A stretch of 64,000 nt of DNA. It comes from Obrimoposthia wandeli (Eukaryota). Below the pieces are notes generated by a model, which searched no databases, was not told where the DNA came from, and was given only the letters and a program-made list of their open reading frames with translations. Positions 31,560-46,580 of this stretch are shown one piece after another. The stretch is taken from contig CDROCS010003742.1 of the NCBI GenBank assembly GCA_977020255.1, positions 496,001-560,000 on the forward strand, in the 5' to 3' direction. Positions within the stretch are counted from its first letter, which is position 1. Each line of letters begins with the position of its first letter. The position numbers and the translations under genes are program-made.

Positions 31560-34500
31560 GGCTTCAGTCTACAATGGGAATCTGAGCGTAGGTCAAGGGT
31601 AAATAAGATATGAGTAGAGAGGTACAAAAGTAATTAGCTCAAGAGGAAGTAGATCAAGCAGAAAGTAGGATACCTCCAGACGGTCGATGGCAGAGAGAAC
31701 TCCACTGAGGGTTGCCTGGACAGTCTCACTGGAGACCTCAATGCTGGAGGAGGTGACAGCTCTGAGGATCGGTAGAGAGGCCAGTGAGAGGCCCACCCGC
31801 AGCAGTGCAACGGCTCCAGATCGAGGTCGGTCGTTGATCTGAGCTGATAGTGCCGTGAAAACTGTGGCCCTTAGATCAGTACGACCATGGGCGGCACAAA
31901 ACTGCAGGAAGTTGCGACCCTGCGACAGCATCAGTGTGAGATCCTCACACAGGTGTACATGACATCACATTTGTTATGTTTGGTCTGTTCAATTGACCAA
32001 GCAAAATGTGCTGTTATCATTTGTTATTGCATTTCAAATTGGCCAGTAAAGCAGCCTGAAATCTGGGTGTGGATGTATGGTATTGGTTGGAGAGCCACTT
32101 TAGCCTCACACGTATACTCTCAGAAAGATGCTATAAATTGTGTATGTACTTTGGCGTTGAGTTCCGTGTAACATATTCGTAGGTGTGACTGAGTGACTGT
32201 GACTGTGTGACTGTGACTGTGACTGTGACTGTGATTGTGACTGTGACTGTGACTGTGACTGTGTGACTGTGACTGTGACTGTGACTGTGACTGTGACTGT
32301 GACTGTGTGACTGTGACTGTGACTGTGACTGTGACTGTGACTGTGACTGTGACTGTGTGACTGTGACTGTGACTGTGACTGTGACTGTGACTGTGACTGT
32401 GTGACTGTGACTGTGACTGTGACTGTGACTGTGACTGTGACTGTGACTGTGACAGTGTGACTGTGACTGTGACTGTGACTGTGACTGTGACTGTGTGACT
32501 GTGACTGTGACTGTGACTGTGACTGTGTGACTGTGACTGTGACTGTGACTGTGACTGTGACTGTGTGACTGTGACTGTGACTGTGACAGTGTGACTGTGA
32601 CTGTGACTGTGACTGTGACTGTGACTGTGACTGTGACTGTGACTGTGACTGTGACTGTGACTGTGACTGTGACTGTGACAGTGTGACTGTGACTGTGACT
32701 GTGTGACTGTGACTGTGACTGTGACTGTGACTGTGACTGTTTGACAATATACCTGATTATCGCAGTCTCTAAGCACCTGGCAATCTGTGATTGTGAGCAG
32801 TTTATTAAGATGAACGTCAGTGCACCACTGTTGTTTAGCCACAGCAAAGAATGGCGTGAGACCTTCAAGTGGCTCCCGCATGTGCCAGGCATTCTCTCTT
32901 GTTTCTTTAATTTCGTATGTTGAAGAGAGCAATGCAAGCAGCAAAGCAAATGGCGATTCGACTTTCAGAACAAACAATGACAAAGGAGTGCCGTCTCTCA
33001 GTCGTTGATGAGGGTCAGCTCCATATTGCAGCAGCAGCTTAACCATCTAAAGGTATGAAACACACTAAATGATTCTCATTCATTGACTGACCCAATTACT
33101 CATTCACTCTCACTCATTCACTCTCACTCATTCACTCTCACTAATTCACTCTCACTCTCACTCTCACTCACTCATTCACTCTCACTAATTCACTCTCACT
33201 CACTGACCCACTCACTCACTCATTCACTCTCACTCATTCACTCTCACTCATTCACTCTCACTAATTCACTCTCACTCACTGACCCACTCACTCACTCATT
33301 CACTCTCACTAATTCACTCTCACTCACTCATTCACTCTCACTCACTGACCCACTCACTCACTCATTCACTCTCACTCATTCACTCTCACTAATTCACTCT
33401 CACTCACTCATTCACTCTCACTCACTGACCCACTCACTCACTCATTCACTCTCACTCATTCACTCTCACTAATTCACTCTCACTAACTCTCACTCTCACT
33501 CTCACTCACTCATTCACTCTCACTAATTCACTCTCACTCACTGACCCACTCACTCACTCATTCACTCTCACTAATTCACTCTCACTCACTCATTCACTCT
33601 CACTCACTGACCCACTCACTCACTCATTCACTCTCACTCATTCACTCTCATTAATTCACTCTCACTCACTCATTCACTCTCACTCACTGACCCACTCACT
33701 CACTCATTCACTCTCACTAATTCACTCTCACTCACTCTCACTCTCACTCTCACTCACTCATTCACTCTCACTAATTCACTCTCACTCACTGACCCACTCA
33801 CTCACTCATTCACTCTCACTCATTCACTCTCACTCATTCACTCTCACTAATTCACTCTCACTCACTCTCACTCTCACTCTCACTCACTCTCACTCTCACT
33901 CACTCATTCACTCTCACTCACTGACCCACTCACTCACTCATTCACTCTCACTCACTGACCCACTCACTCATTCATTCACTCTCACTCATTCACTCATTGA
34001 CTGACCCAATAACTCATTCACTATCACAAACTCTCACCCACTCACTCTCATTCACTGACCCACTCACTCACTCATTCACTCTCACTCACTCTCACTCATT
34101 CACTCATTGACTGACCCAATTACTCATTCACTCTCACTCACTCTCACTCATTCACTCTCACTCATTCACTCTCACTCATTCACTCTCACTAATTCACTCT
34201 CACTCACTCTCACTCTCACTCTCACTCACTCTCACTCTCACTAACTCTCACTCATTCACTCTCACTCACTGACCCACCCACTCATTCATTCACTCTCTCA
34301 CTCCTCCTCAACCTCTCTTACACTCACCCTGGTGCTATGGTTGCGCACTGCCAGAGCCAGAAGTCCATATCCCGAGAGCGGGTGCACACAGCCAATGCCG
34401 CATTCTCCGCCATCTCTCTTCAGCAGCAGCTGCACCTGCTCATACTCATCAGCCCCCACCAGGTGCACCAGCAAGTTGGTCTTGTCGTAGTGCTCTGCAG

Positions 34501-35715
34501 GCATCAACTATCGCTAACTCTCCGTGTGGTTCTCCTCGTTATCCCTTGGCTATCCATATTGGGCACCCTCAATCACAGCAGAGTCCGGTAGTAATTCAAG
34601 TATTTGTGGAGCTCTACATGGTCACTATAAGGTTTGATAATTTTATCATTCGACTAATGATCAATGTCTGGTGCTGCAATTTTCGTCCAATGTTCTACTG
34701 AAATGAAATAATATCGGGTTCCATTGTGCAAACAAGTTCAGATGTTTTATTCCGTAGTTTATCCACCTTCCTCAAGGAACCAATCTTTGTGAGGTAAAGA
34801 GTGACATTGTAAATTGATATGTCATCTTGAAACATGTGCAAGTGGTGGGAGGGACTCACTGAGGGTCACGAGATCGTGTCTAGGTGGAGGGAGACAGTCC
34901 GAGGCCAGTTGTGCAGCGGTGGCAGCGCTGCGGTCCACGTTGGCAAGACTGACCCACTGTCGCAGCAGTTTCAGCGCAGTACCCATATCCCTGGGCTTCA
35001 ATCCAACCCCATCCAGCAGAGCCTGGCACAGTCCCGGACTGTACTGGTCGATTAGGATGGCCAGATCACTGCGAGCCTCCGTCTCTGCCATCTCCCGAGC
35101 CGTATGGCTCAGCTGCGCACCACAAATCATCAAGATCTTCAAGCCCCAATATCTCCACAAACGCTGATCGTATTTAATTGACATTTGGACCACAGCTCGC
35201 GGATGTTCATGGAGTTGTGCATGCAAATGTCCAGCTCGTTCTTACCATCGACTCTCGAGAAACTCGGTAGTCATTGCCTTTAAAAATGTCATTTTATCTT
35301 TGTCTTATTTGACCTATTTTATCTCCTTGTGAAGGTAATAGAGCACTTCTCCACAATGTTCAAAAGTCAATCCTACCTTCGTTCTCAGGGTGGGGTCCAC
35401 ACCACACTGCAACACCGCCTCCACCACATCGATTCTACCTCGTTTCACTGCATAGTGCAGCGCACTGAGGCCCTCCTGCACAGATGAGACTCAAATTCCG
35501 CATCACATAACCGTCTTACCGTATTTTGTTTGTTCACATTCGTCTCCAGGGCAGCGCACTTGAACAGAAGCACAAAATCAGCTTTCTTTACAGCTTTGTG
35601 CAGCAAAGTATTACCTCTCTGAAAATATCACATACTCACATTTCTAATTTTTTCAATATAATACAGACTTTGTCCAGATTTTGACGCGTATACTTTCTCA
35701 AATACTGATCATTCA
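31560..35715 (-). CDS. Multi-exon host ankyrin-repeat protein (exon structure only partly resolved)
   Basis: Exons encode [44 protein letters not shown] and [12 protein letters not shown]...GTPL, with GT-AG boundaries. A death-domain-like stretch (LLRQWVSL...AATAAQLA) lies near 34900. Confidence 0.7.
32183..32740. repeat. Intronic (TGTGAC)n microsatellite
   Basis: Direct reading. Confidence 0.95.
33085..34295. repeat. Intronic CACT/CTCA-based microsatellite
   Basis: Direct reading. Confidence 0.95.
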
Positions 35716-38448
35716 TTTATTGTAGTAGTATTCATATATGTGCAAAAACATTGCTATACCATTTGAATATTAAAACAAACTAATAATAAATAACATACAC
35801 TCTACATTGGATTTAGTTTTCATTTGTTTTCCATAAAAAATAAAAAATTTCACGTGTTTGTAATCCATACTAATTTTGACGACACTTACAATTTAATATA
35901 CTGTTTCATAAACTATTTTAAAAAATCGTACATCAGTTAATAAACTTTAATTGAAAATTCATCACTTCACAAATAATAAATGCTGTTGAATGAAATGTTA
36001 ATATATTTTTTAAATAAAAAAATGAGCAGTAATAAAAGGCTCACTGCATGAAACTCGAAAAGATTATATAAACATTTCGAATTTTATGTGAGAATGCCAT
36101 TTTGATAAAAAGTAGGATCTTGAAATATATTCTAGTGCTGAGAACCTTCTAATGCGGCTTCATTAAATGTTCACTTGTATTAGCCCTTTTCTTTAATTTG
36201 AACGTGATTGTGATGTATTTTAAAACGGTTTGCAGTGAGTTAGTCATAAGATGAAATATTAAATAATAAAGAATTTTAAAAATCAAGTCTTGATATAATA
36301 ATCACTTTGATTAAATATTTTAATAAATAACTTTAAGAACATTTTTTAATTTATTTTAAATGAATTTGGCATCAAAACTTGAAATGTATTACTAAATAGT
36401 GTTCTTCAGTATAGATTTTAACAAACAGTCCAGTTATAACAAGCAACACACTTTAAATATTTATGTTTTGATAAAGTTTAACTTCATTCTTTAAAAATTA
36501 TTTCAGTTTTTTGTTGAGCATAGTTTAAGAATTTAGTTAAAAAAATATAAATAAAATATGTGTAAATTTTTTAAAATGAATCTATTTTGTTTTATGAAAG
36601 TGTCATGATATTTAATGTGTAAATCAAAGCACTGAATTCTTAAAATTTTCATTGAGTTATTATAATACAAATTAGTAAAACTATGGTAAGAGAATAACAA
36701 AAGCATTTAAAATGAAACCAATATAATATGTAGCAACAAATGGGACCACCATTAAGTACGAGAATTCAGTTACTGAAATATTGTGATTAGATAAAGATTA
36801 AAATAAGTAAATTAGTGTTCGTTGACAATTTAATTATTTTAATTAAAAATGATTATATATGTTCTATAAGATTTATCTTACAATTGCCCTACTTTACTTG
36901 ATTCTGTCCAAAAGATTTGAAATCAAATCATTTATTCTAAAAAATCTTGGCTGATATAATTTTCTGATATATTAATTTAATTTCCATATGAATCCAGACG
37001 CTCTTGTAAAGGCACGGGAAAATCTAACCTGACATCTTATATTTAACTTTTCTTTTTGAATTGTAATATCTGTATTGATTGGTTACTTTATTAAATATTT
37101 TTGAGTAGTACCAAATTTTGTATATTTAGAAAAAACTTAATTAAGCCCTAATATAAATTAGTGATTTTTAAAACTTAAAATTTTAGGAATATTGAACATA
37201 TAAACAATATTTTAAAATATTTTATTTAAAAAAATTGCTTCAACCAGATTCTAGAATTTGGCTTCAAGACTATATTTATTTATTTATTATAAATTATTTT
37301 TATTATTTAAATTATTTAATTTTTTTTAAAATGAAAATTAAATATAAACTAACCTAAAAAAATAACAACCGTGAAATAATTAAACATTTCCACATATTAT
37401 CTTAGCTTCCACTCATTGAATGTTAAGTGTGAAATATAATCTTCTTTTCTTCCTCTATAATTTATATTTACGAGTTTCATTAGACTAAATTTGTTTTCTG
37501 TAAATTCTTCTTTTTATATGTATGAAATTGCCATTTTATTGCACATTCTTGTAATTATCTTGCAAACCTATTATAATTGGATGATATATTTCTTATAATA
37601 AATTTCGATTTTTAATATGGTTTTAGTCCAATCAAATTCAATGCTTTAGTTATATTAACCAATGAGATTCATGTCTTTGTTACAAATGAGTATAAAAGAA
37701 TGCGCCATTTGAGGACAAATCATAATAAATGCATTCATATCAAAGACAATTATCAATAATGGACGATAGCCAACGGATATTAAGTGATAACGAAGATTTA
37801 GAAATGTTTGAAGAATCAGATAAGGATATGTATGAATAAGTGAAACAATATTTCAAATACAAAGTCAGATTCTTGAAGAAGGCTCCACGGATTGCTTTAG
37901 TAAATCCTGTGACAATTGAAAGAAGAAAGTTCAGCTATTATCTATCAAATATTCAAAAACAAGATTTTTAATATCTTAAATCCCGATGGATGTAAGAAAC
38001 TGTAACAATGTTGTAAATTTTAAAAAGCAGCTATAAGACTTTACTATTTATTATTGAGTAATAAATCACAATCTTATCAGATATTTTTACTATATTTAAA
38101 AAAATATTGTTAATTTATTATTGTTATAATAACAATTGTCATTCCTTTATTGGAAAAGAACTATTTTTCTAATTTGAGGAATTAACTAAGATTTATGAAT
38201 ACTAAATGACACTGGGGATACTGAAACGAGGGCATCTTCTTAACGACTAGATAGACACGAGTTTGTGGATAACCGATACAGCTAAATATGGGGAACGAAT
38301 AATTCAACATTCAAAGATGTACCCACAAAAAGGAAACTGGTATTTTTGTAGGGTCAGTGTGGTATTCATAATTCTCAACACACACGACTCAAGCAAGACG
38401 GAGCAACAAATATGATTTGCAGTCCCCATTTCCAGGCCACGGATACGG

Positions 38449-41400
38449 TCATGACCAGACTCGGATGGTGCAGTCGCTGGCTGCAGACACCAGGAACTCT
38501 CCTTGGGGATCGAATACACTGCTCTGGACGGCCTCGGCATGGCCCACCAAGGTCGTCACCTGGTATAGACGGGTCAATCAGCAATCAGCAGCTTGACAGT
38601 ATCTTGGGGAGACTGACCAAATGCCTGATATGGGTCTCACCTCATAGTTACTGGTCTCCACCATCTTCACCACCCCGTCATTACTGCACACCGCCACACA
38701 AGCACCGCTCGAGTCGAACCGGATGTCGTTGGTGGGATGAAATCCTAGATCTAACGACTTAATTGGTTTGTCGAGACGTCGACAATCCCAGAAATTGGCA
38801 AACCCAAATGAGTCACAGGAGGCAATACAGTTTCCACGCTGATTTATATGGGCGCTGTTGACGGAGTGCTGGTGACCAATGATCATTTGACCGTTGATGC
38901 CCTGCACGAGAAAAAACAACACTCTCACTCACTCACTCTCACTCACTCTCACTCACTCTCACTCACTCTCTCTCACTCACTCTTTCACTCACTCACTCAC
39001 TCACTCACTCACTCACTCACTCACTCACTCACTCACTCACTCACTCACTCACTCTCACTCACTCACCAACTCACTCACAAACTCACTCACTCACTCTTAC
39101 TCACTCACTCACTCACTCACTCTCACTCACTCTCACTCACTCTCACTCACTCTCACTCACTCTCACTCACTCACTCACTCACGCTCACTCACTCTCACTC
39201 ACTCTCACTCACTCTCACTCACTCTCACTCACTCTCACTCACTCTCACTCACTCTCACTCACTCTCACTCACTCTCACTCACTCTCACTCACTCTCACTC
39301 ACTCTCACTCACTCTCACTCACTCTCACTCACTCTCACTCACTCTCACTCACTCTCTCTCACTCACGCTCACTCACACTCACTCACTCACGCTCACTCAA
39401 TCTCACTATGTCACTCTCACCCATCCTCACTCACTCTCACTCACTCTCACTCTCATATTGAGTCGCTCACTCACCGTCCTTGCATCCCAAAGTCCCAAGT
39501 TCTTGTCGGCGGAAGCCGATAGAACGATGTTGCTGTTCACCAGAAAGCAAACCGAGTTAACGGAGTCGGAGTGGCCACGCAGTATTCCTCTACAGCGGGG
39601 CTCGTTGCCAACGTCCCACAGCTTGATGACTCTGTCCAGACCACCACTGACGAGAATGGGAGCCCCGGGATGCCAGTCTACAGACCAGATGGCACGGGAG
39701 TGACCGGAAAGAGTACTGAGGCATTGTGCTCCTTGTAGATCCCACACCTGAAGCCATACCAAGACAGCGGCCATCAAAGACAGTCGGTATATGACCCTCC
39801 ATCTCCCTCAATCTCCATCTTTCGCTGCTCACCTTCACCGTCTTGTCACCACTGCAAGTTGCCAGTCGACCACCTGCACCATCAAAAGCAGCCCCAGACA
39901 CCCAGTGTAGGTGACCAGTCCCTGTGAGGACTGGCTCCAGTCCTTCCACCGCCCACACGCGCCACAAATTGTCCTCGCCAGTCGAACACAGCAGTCGGCG
40001 ATCTGCACTCAGCCGCACACTGCACAACAGAGGCTAGATCAATTACATCCCTTCACAACCCACACTGCACACCGCATATCATTACTCCTCGCATATTTTG
40101 TCGACTAGTGAGACTCTGTGTTGAAATAGTCAACTGCAAGGGCACAATTTATCCGCTGATCTTTGCATCCCTGCGGCTCCCCGGTGGTGGCAATCAATGG
40201 CTGTTAATGTGCGGCTCCCAAGACCGTGAATGAGCCCTCCTGTAAGAAACCCACTCACCAAGTCACAGCTGCCTCGTGGGCCTGGATCGTATTGGTTAGT
40301 CGGAACCCACCAACCCGCGTCAAGTGGCCAGGAGGTGCCTTCACCTTGCAGAGCTCCTCATTCATCCCCGTGTCCACCGGGAACAGAGACTCCTGGCAAA
40401 GAGGGCTCCATGTCAAGTTGAATACTTCCCCTCTTCCGCATTCCGTACCTGATTCATTGGCTATCCCAGAAAAGCTCGTTCCCATCGTTGTCATAGTTTT
40501 ATATCCCAAACATTTTTACCGATAACTTTGCTGTGATTCATTTGTGAAACCAAAAATAATATACGAGATGATTTTAAAGTAACTACTGCATAAGAAAGTC
40601 CCTCATTTTGTTGTTTTTATAACTAAAGAAAAATAACTGAAACAATATTTTGAGTCGATGTTCGTAATCTGTCATGTGGTCACAGTTAATTGATAATATC
40701 GAGTTCGAAAGTTGAAATCTCACAGCTGAACAGCGCATTTTGCTATTCTGCCGATGGCAGCTTATAATTCGTCAAAAGTTCTTGTGTGGAGAGCATGGAA
40801 GGCCTAAATTGACAACTGATAAAATCCCGGATTCACCTTAACAGAGATTCATACATGACCTTCACAGTTTGGTGGTAAAAGAAGCTGTCTGTGAACTACC
40901 AATCCCATATTCCAGTGCTCGCGAGCTGGGTTCCTGGACGAGTTTCACATAGCCACATAGCCACACAGCCACATAGCCACATAGCCACATAGCCACATAG
41001 CCACACAGCCACACAGCCACACAGCCACACAGCCATATAGCCACATAGCCACACAGCCACATAGCCACATAGCCATACAGCCACATAGCCACATAGCCAC
41101 ATAGCCACACAGCCACACAGCCACACAGCCACATAGCCACACAGCCACATAGCCACATAGCCTCACAGCCACATAGCCACACAGCCACACAGCCACACAG
41201 CCACATAGCCACACAGCCACACAGCCACATAGCCACATAGCCACACAGCCACACAGCCACACAGCCACATAGCCACACAGCCACATAGCCACATAGCCAC
41301 ACAGCCACACAGCCACACAGCCACATAGCCACATAGCCACATAGCCACACAGCCACACAGCCACATAGCCACATAGCCACATAGCCACACAGCCACACAG

Positions 41401-44400
41401 CCACACAGCCACATAGCCACACAGCCACATAGCCACATAGCCACATAGCCACATAGCCACACAGCCACATAGCCACATAGCCACACAGCCACATAGCCAC
41501 ATAGCCACACAGCCACACAGCCACATAGCCACATAGCCACATAGCCACATAGCCACACAGCCACATAGCCACACAGCCACACAGCCACACAGCCACATAG
41601 CCACACAGCCACATAGCCACATAGCCACATAGCCACACAGCCACACAGCCACATAGCCACATAGCCACATAGCCACACAGCCACATAGCCACATAGCCAC
41701 ACAGCCACACAGCCACATAGCCACATAGCCACATAGCCACATAGCCACATAGCCACACAGCCACATAGCCACACAGCCACATAGCCACACAGCCACATAG
41801 CCACATAGCCACACAGCCACACAGCCACACAGCCACAATAGCCCCATAGCCACTTGAAAGGTTTCTTGTCTCTGTTGTTGATGGCGTTGCAGACAACACT
41901 ACAGTCAGTTTGGGGGTTTCAAAATCCCCCGGCAGTCATGGAGCAGTGGGTCAACCCACCAAAACCCATTGTTTCGGTTAATATCAGCTTATTAGAGCCT
42001 ATGTTTGGAGCAAGGTTTTACAAATAACCACTCGCTTGAACAGATAACTCGTAAATGTTTGACAACTGATTGAATAACAATTGTGAAAATTCAAGAAGCA
42101 GCTGAAGACTTCAATACTCACAAAAATGAAAACAGGAAGCGCTTCTGAGTTAAAAATCGACAAATAGATTCATCAGATATTAGCGCTATATTAAATATAT
42201 TATGTTGTTAATAGTATATATATATATTTGAGGCCGTTATAACACATGCTTACATTTTGTTGGAAGATTAGAAAGTTTTAGAAGAGGAAGACCATATTTA
42301 GAGATTGTCACACAAAAACAGATTCTTTTATACGATCGTATGGGTATTTAAAGATTCAACAGCTTAGTTTAACTGTCGGCTATTTAACATTTTATCTTTT
42401 TAATGTCCACTTTTATTTTGAATGTATTAAACTAAATTTTTTCTTCTAAACATGGCATTATATTTTCGTCAGTTTAAAAAAACAACTCGTAAATTAATCA
42501 GAATATAAATTGTCAATACAATTAAAAATTTAAAAATAAAAATGCTTAAATATCAAAAAGAAAAAGAAATAAAAAAAATGAACCTTTGTTTCAATTTTGT
42601 AATATTTCAATGTATATTCTTATTTATGTTAGTTTTTTTAAATAAAAAATAATATAATAACTTATATAGATCATTGTAAAAAATTATTCTTTCAAAACCA
42701 GTTTCATTTGAAATTATGCCTATTTGAGAGCATTTAAACACAATTAATTTGATCATTTCGTTCAATTTTCTCATATTTTACAAGTATTTACATTAGTTAA
42801 AAAAATATATATTCAGAGGTGCTCAGTTTGGATTTTTTCCTTGTAAATGTTTATTTATGATTTCTTCCTTAAATTTCTTTACAGTGCTAAAATAATAGAA
42901 ATAATTATTTGAATAATTTTCTAATAGCATTTCTTACAATTTTCATATTTTGAAAATTACCGCATGTAAGTGTGTAAGGGAAATATTTAGCGACTTCATC
43001 TTTATGACACATTCTTACGATTTGTTGACAAAATGTTTCCTAATACTGTGAAATTTAAATTAATGTGGAAAAACACCTGGCGACCGTGTTGGTCAGGCTC
43101 TTTTTGGTCCGCAAATATTCGGGCTTCGAGCAGTCTTCGCTGGGTGGGGCCGCGTTCCGTCTTGTCCTGGGTGAGGACCCCACCTCTCTGGGCTCTACAC
43201 TCGAGGCCAACAGAACCCAGACCCTGGAGACTCGCTTGCAGACCCTGCATTTGGCCACACACACGGTCACGCTCCAGACGACTTAGCATCTTCTCCTTCA
43301 TGGCCGTCTGGTACTTTTTCTGCAGGCTTTCGATCGCCGGCTCGTACGAGGAGTAGTGCTCCCGGATCCTTTAAAAATAGCAGAGACCAGTTACAGTCAT
43401 TGTCCCACAATCACATAGTCACACAGTCACAGTCACAGTCACAGTCACAGTCACAGTCACAGTCACAGTCACTCAGTCACAGTCACTCAGTCACAGTCAC
43501 TCAGTCACAGTCACTCAGTCACAGTCACTCAGTCACAGTCACTCAGTCACAGTCACTCAGTCACAGTCACTCAGTCACAGTCACTCAGTCACAGTCACAC
43601 AGTCACAGTCACTCAGTCACAATCACTCAGTCACAGTCACAGTCACACAGTCACTCAGTCACAGTCACTCAGTCACAGTCACTCAGTCACAGTCACACAG
43701 TCACAGTCACACAGTCACAGTCACTCAGTCACAATCACTCAGTCACAGTCACAGTCACACAGTCACTCAGTCACAGTCACTCAGTCACAGTCACACAGTC
43801 ACAGTCACACAGTCACACAGTCACACAGTCACACAGTCACACAGTCACAGTCACAGTCACTCAGTCACAGTCACACAGTCACACAGTCACACAGTCACAC
43901 AGTCACAGTCACTCAGTCACAGTCACACAGTCACAGTCACACAGTCACAGTCACACAGTCACAGTCACACAGTCACAGTCACACAGTCACAGTCACACAG
44001 TCACACAGTCACAGTCACAGATTCTTTAACTTACTTTTTCAGGTCATCGATGAGTTTATTTTTTTCTTGTAGAAGACGACGATGTTGTAGCTTGTGAAAG
44101 TCGCGTTCCGAGCGCAGTTTAACGTGCATTTCTTTAGCAGATCTGACGAGTGATTTTTACAAGTATTAATTATTATTCTTGAATATGTTTGGAGAGAAAT
44201 ATATACAATACACGCACAATCTTTTACATTTAGTCAAGATACATTATATTTTACAGAAAAAACTAAGTCGTTGTCTGCACATTAATGGCCTGCTAAGGAT
44301 AGACTCCTGTCTTTCATCAAACAAACAGCCTGACGTCTCTTATCCCTTCCCAAGGGACAATTTGTCTGCAAGCCTTCGTACTTGCTCCCAAACAAAGATG

Positions 44401-46580
44401 GAGGGGTACTGAGAAATAGAGAAAATGTAAGCCACAAGCCGTCCTTGCCTCACTTTTGAGACTTGACATCTTTTAGAAGACTACTATTAAAGAATATGAA
44501 GCTCAATCCGCTGACTCACAAGGCGGCCTCCTTGTACTTGTTTCGCTCGTCTCGCATCGTCTTCAGGTCCGAGTCGAGCTCCTGATTACGCACGTAAATA
44601 TCCGGAACCTCAGCGAGGTCTTCCTGCTGTAGCAGACCTTTGTGCTTGCGCTCGAACCTTAACGGAGACAGAGCGGTCGTTTAGCAGTCACCATATTGAT
44701 GTCATCACTTAAAGAAATCAACTTCTATCTATCGTTTCTGTATTGGTGGGTTTTACCACAGTAAGAATGTATTCCAATGCAGACTGATAACGCTATGGTC
44801 AGTATAAAAACATGATCAATGAGCATTTAAATCTCATTACAAGTTCGAATTCATACTGTGTCTTTTGCAGGAGAGATCATTGATGAATGCCGCCACATGT
44901 TCGGTCCCATCAAGCCGCTTCTCCCTCCGACAGCCTTCTGCAATGCAGTGCTGATCAGAAGTTTGCAATTTTGCCATAATTCTTTACGAGATCAAATAAT
45001 GCGACCTCGGCGGTAAATCGCGATCAAATGCCAAGCAAATTCGATGGAGATTTTGTTGCCTGGCCATGCAATTAGTGTACATGTTCAGTGAGGTCCTGCG
45101 CACCAAGGAAGACACAAGATTCCGAATACTCGATTGCATCGAAATGCAGTTTAGTCAGCAACACGCCCAGCGATTATTCGGAAAGACTCCACCTGCGGTG
45201 TCTAAGATAATTCAAAGATATTTCTAAACCATTCGGACTGGCAATGGCCTTCCCAGAGGAGAGTCAACGAAATACATTTTGTTAGAACTTTATTACTTTC
45301 CAAACTTTTCACAGGAAGAAAATTAAGCGGGTTTATGAAATGAGTTTCAATTTGTTTCTGACTTGATTCTTAAGCATCCTTTTTCCTTTTATTGAAGCTT
45401 ATGAGCAAGGTAAAATCTTAGAAAACAATTACAAAACACCAATTGCATGATCAATTCTCCACGAATAAGAAAAAGAATTTGATTTGAAATGAAGAAGACT
45501 GCCCGAATAACACATCATCGATTAGAACCGAAAGCGAATTTGAAGTTCCCTCCCATTATTGAGTCAAGCAGAGTCATGGGAGAGATATAATGGGGATGTT
45601 TCAACTTGCATGAACCTGACTATGGGGAAGTCGCTACAATAATATCAACAGAGACAAAGATAGCCAAAATGACGTGCAAGTGTATAAACGTCCTAAATGT
45701 TATTGAAGATTTTACTATACAAGAATCATCGTGAAGAGTTCTTGTGACCCATAGTTCGAGCAACAATACTCTGTGTCAGTACCAGATAATTGATAATGAA
45801 TAAATATCAATGATATATCTTGATATATCCAGCAAATCACAAAGATCTTCAAGCCCCAATATCTCCACAAACGCTGATCGTATTTAATTGACATTTGGAC
45901 CACAGCTCGCGGATGTTCATGGAATTGTGCATGCAAATGTCCAGCTCGTTCTCACCATCGACTCTTGAGAAACTCGGTAGTCAGTGAGCAGTGGCTGGAG
46001 AAATCCCCGGCAAATCACAAAGATCTTCAAGCCCCAATATCTCCACAAACGCTGATCGTATTTAATTGACATTTGGACCACAGCTCGCGGATGTTCATGG
46101 AATTGTGCATGCAAATGCCCAGCTCGTTCTCACCATCGACTCTTGAGAAACTCGGTAGTCAGTGAGCAGTGGCTGGATGAAGAAGACGACTCACCATTCG
46201 AGCTGGAAACAGTCGAGGGTCTTGGTGAATCCGAGGCGCAGCAGAAACGAGCGGACGAAGTCGTCGATGGTGGGCGGAATCACCGTCAATTTAGGACGAT
46301 TGCTGAACATCACTTCATTCTGCATCGGTTCATCATCGTGCTCAACGTAATCAAAAATCAAGTTACCATAGCGCAGTCGTCGTCGTTTATTTCCTCCATC
46401 AGCTTGCTGGTGTGCTCCAGCGTTTCATCTGCTTTGTCTGGTGCAAATAATCATTAATTATAACAGCTCGATTCAGTTTTATGCTTATTTTACCTTCTAG
46501 TGTGAGAATTTCGTCAGCTTTGATTGACTGATAGTCATATTCCGAATCCTCGTAAATAGGGATTTCAACTTCTACATTAT
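38449..46580 (-). CDS. SPAG16: Sperm-associated antigen 16 / PF20 central-pair WD40 protein (multi-exon)
   Basis: Exons: IDDFVRSFLLRLGFTKTLDCFQLEW, VPDIY, ERDFHKLQHRRLLQEKNKLIDDLK, HYSSYEPAIESL...KEKMLSRLERD, WD40s (GHSRAIWSVDWH, GHSDSVNSV) and last exon GHAEAVQSSVFDPQGEFLVSAASDCTIRVWS*. These recognisably parallel vertebrate SPAG16. The start codon was not located. Confidence 0.9.
38925..39470. repeat. Intronic (CACT/CTCACT)n microsatellite
   Basis: Direct reading. Confidence 0.95.
40950..41850. repeat. Intronic 8-bp (GCCACATA/GCCACACA)n repeat
   Basis: Direct reading. Confidence 0.95.
43400..44020. repeat. Intronic (CAGTCA)n-type microsatellite
   Basis: Direct reading. Confidence 0.95.
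45838..46165. repeat. Two tandem copies (178-bp period) of a segment also found at 35131-35272
   Basis: aagatcttcaagccccaatatctccacaaacgctg...gagaaactcggtagtc occurs three times with few substitutions. Confidence 0.9.

Noticed and set aside
32106-44029. Ser/His/Gln/Thr/Val-repeat and WLCG-repeat ORFs
   Set aside because: Translations of intronic microsatellites.
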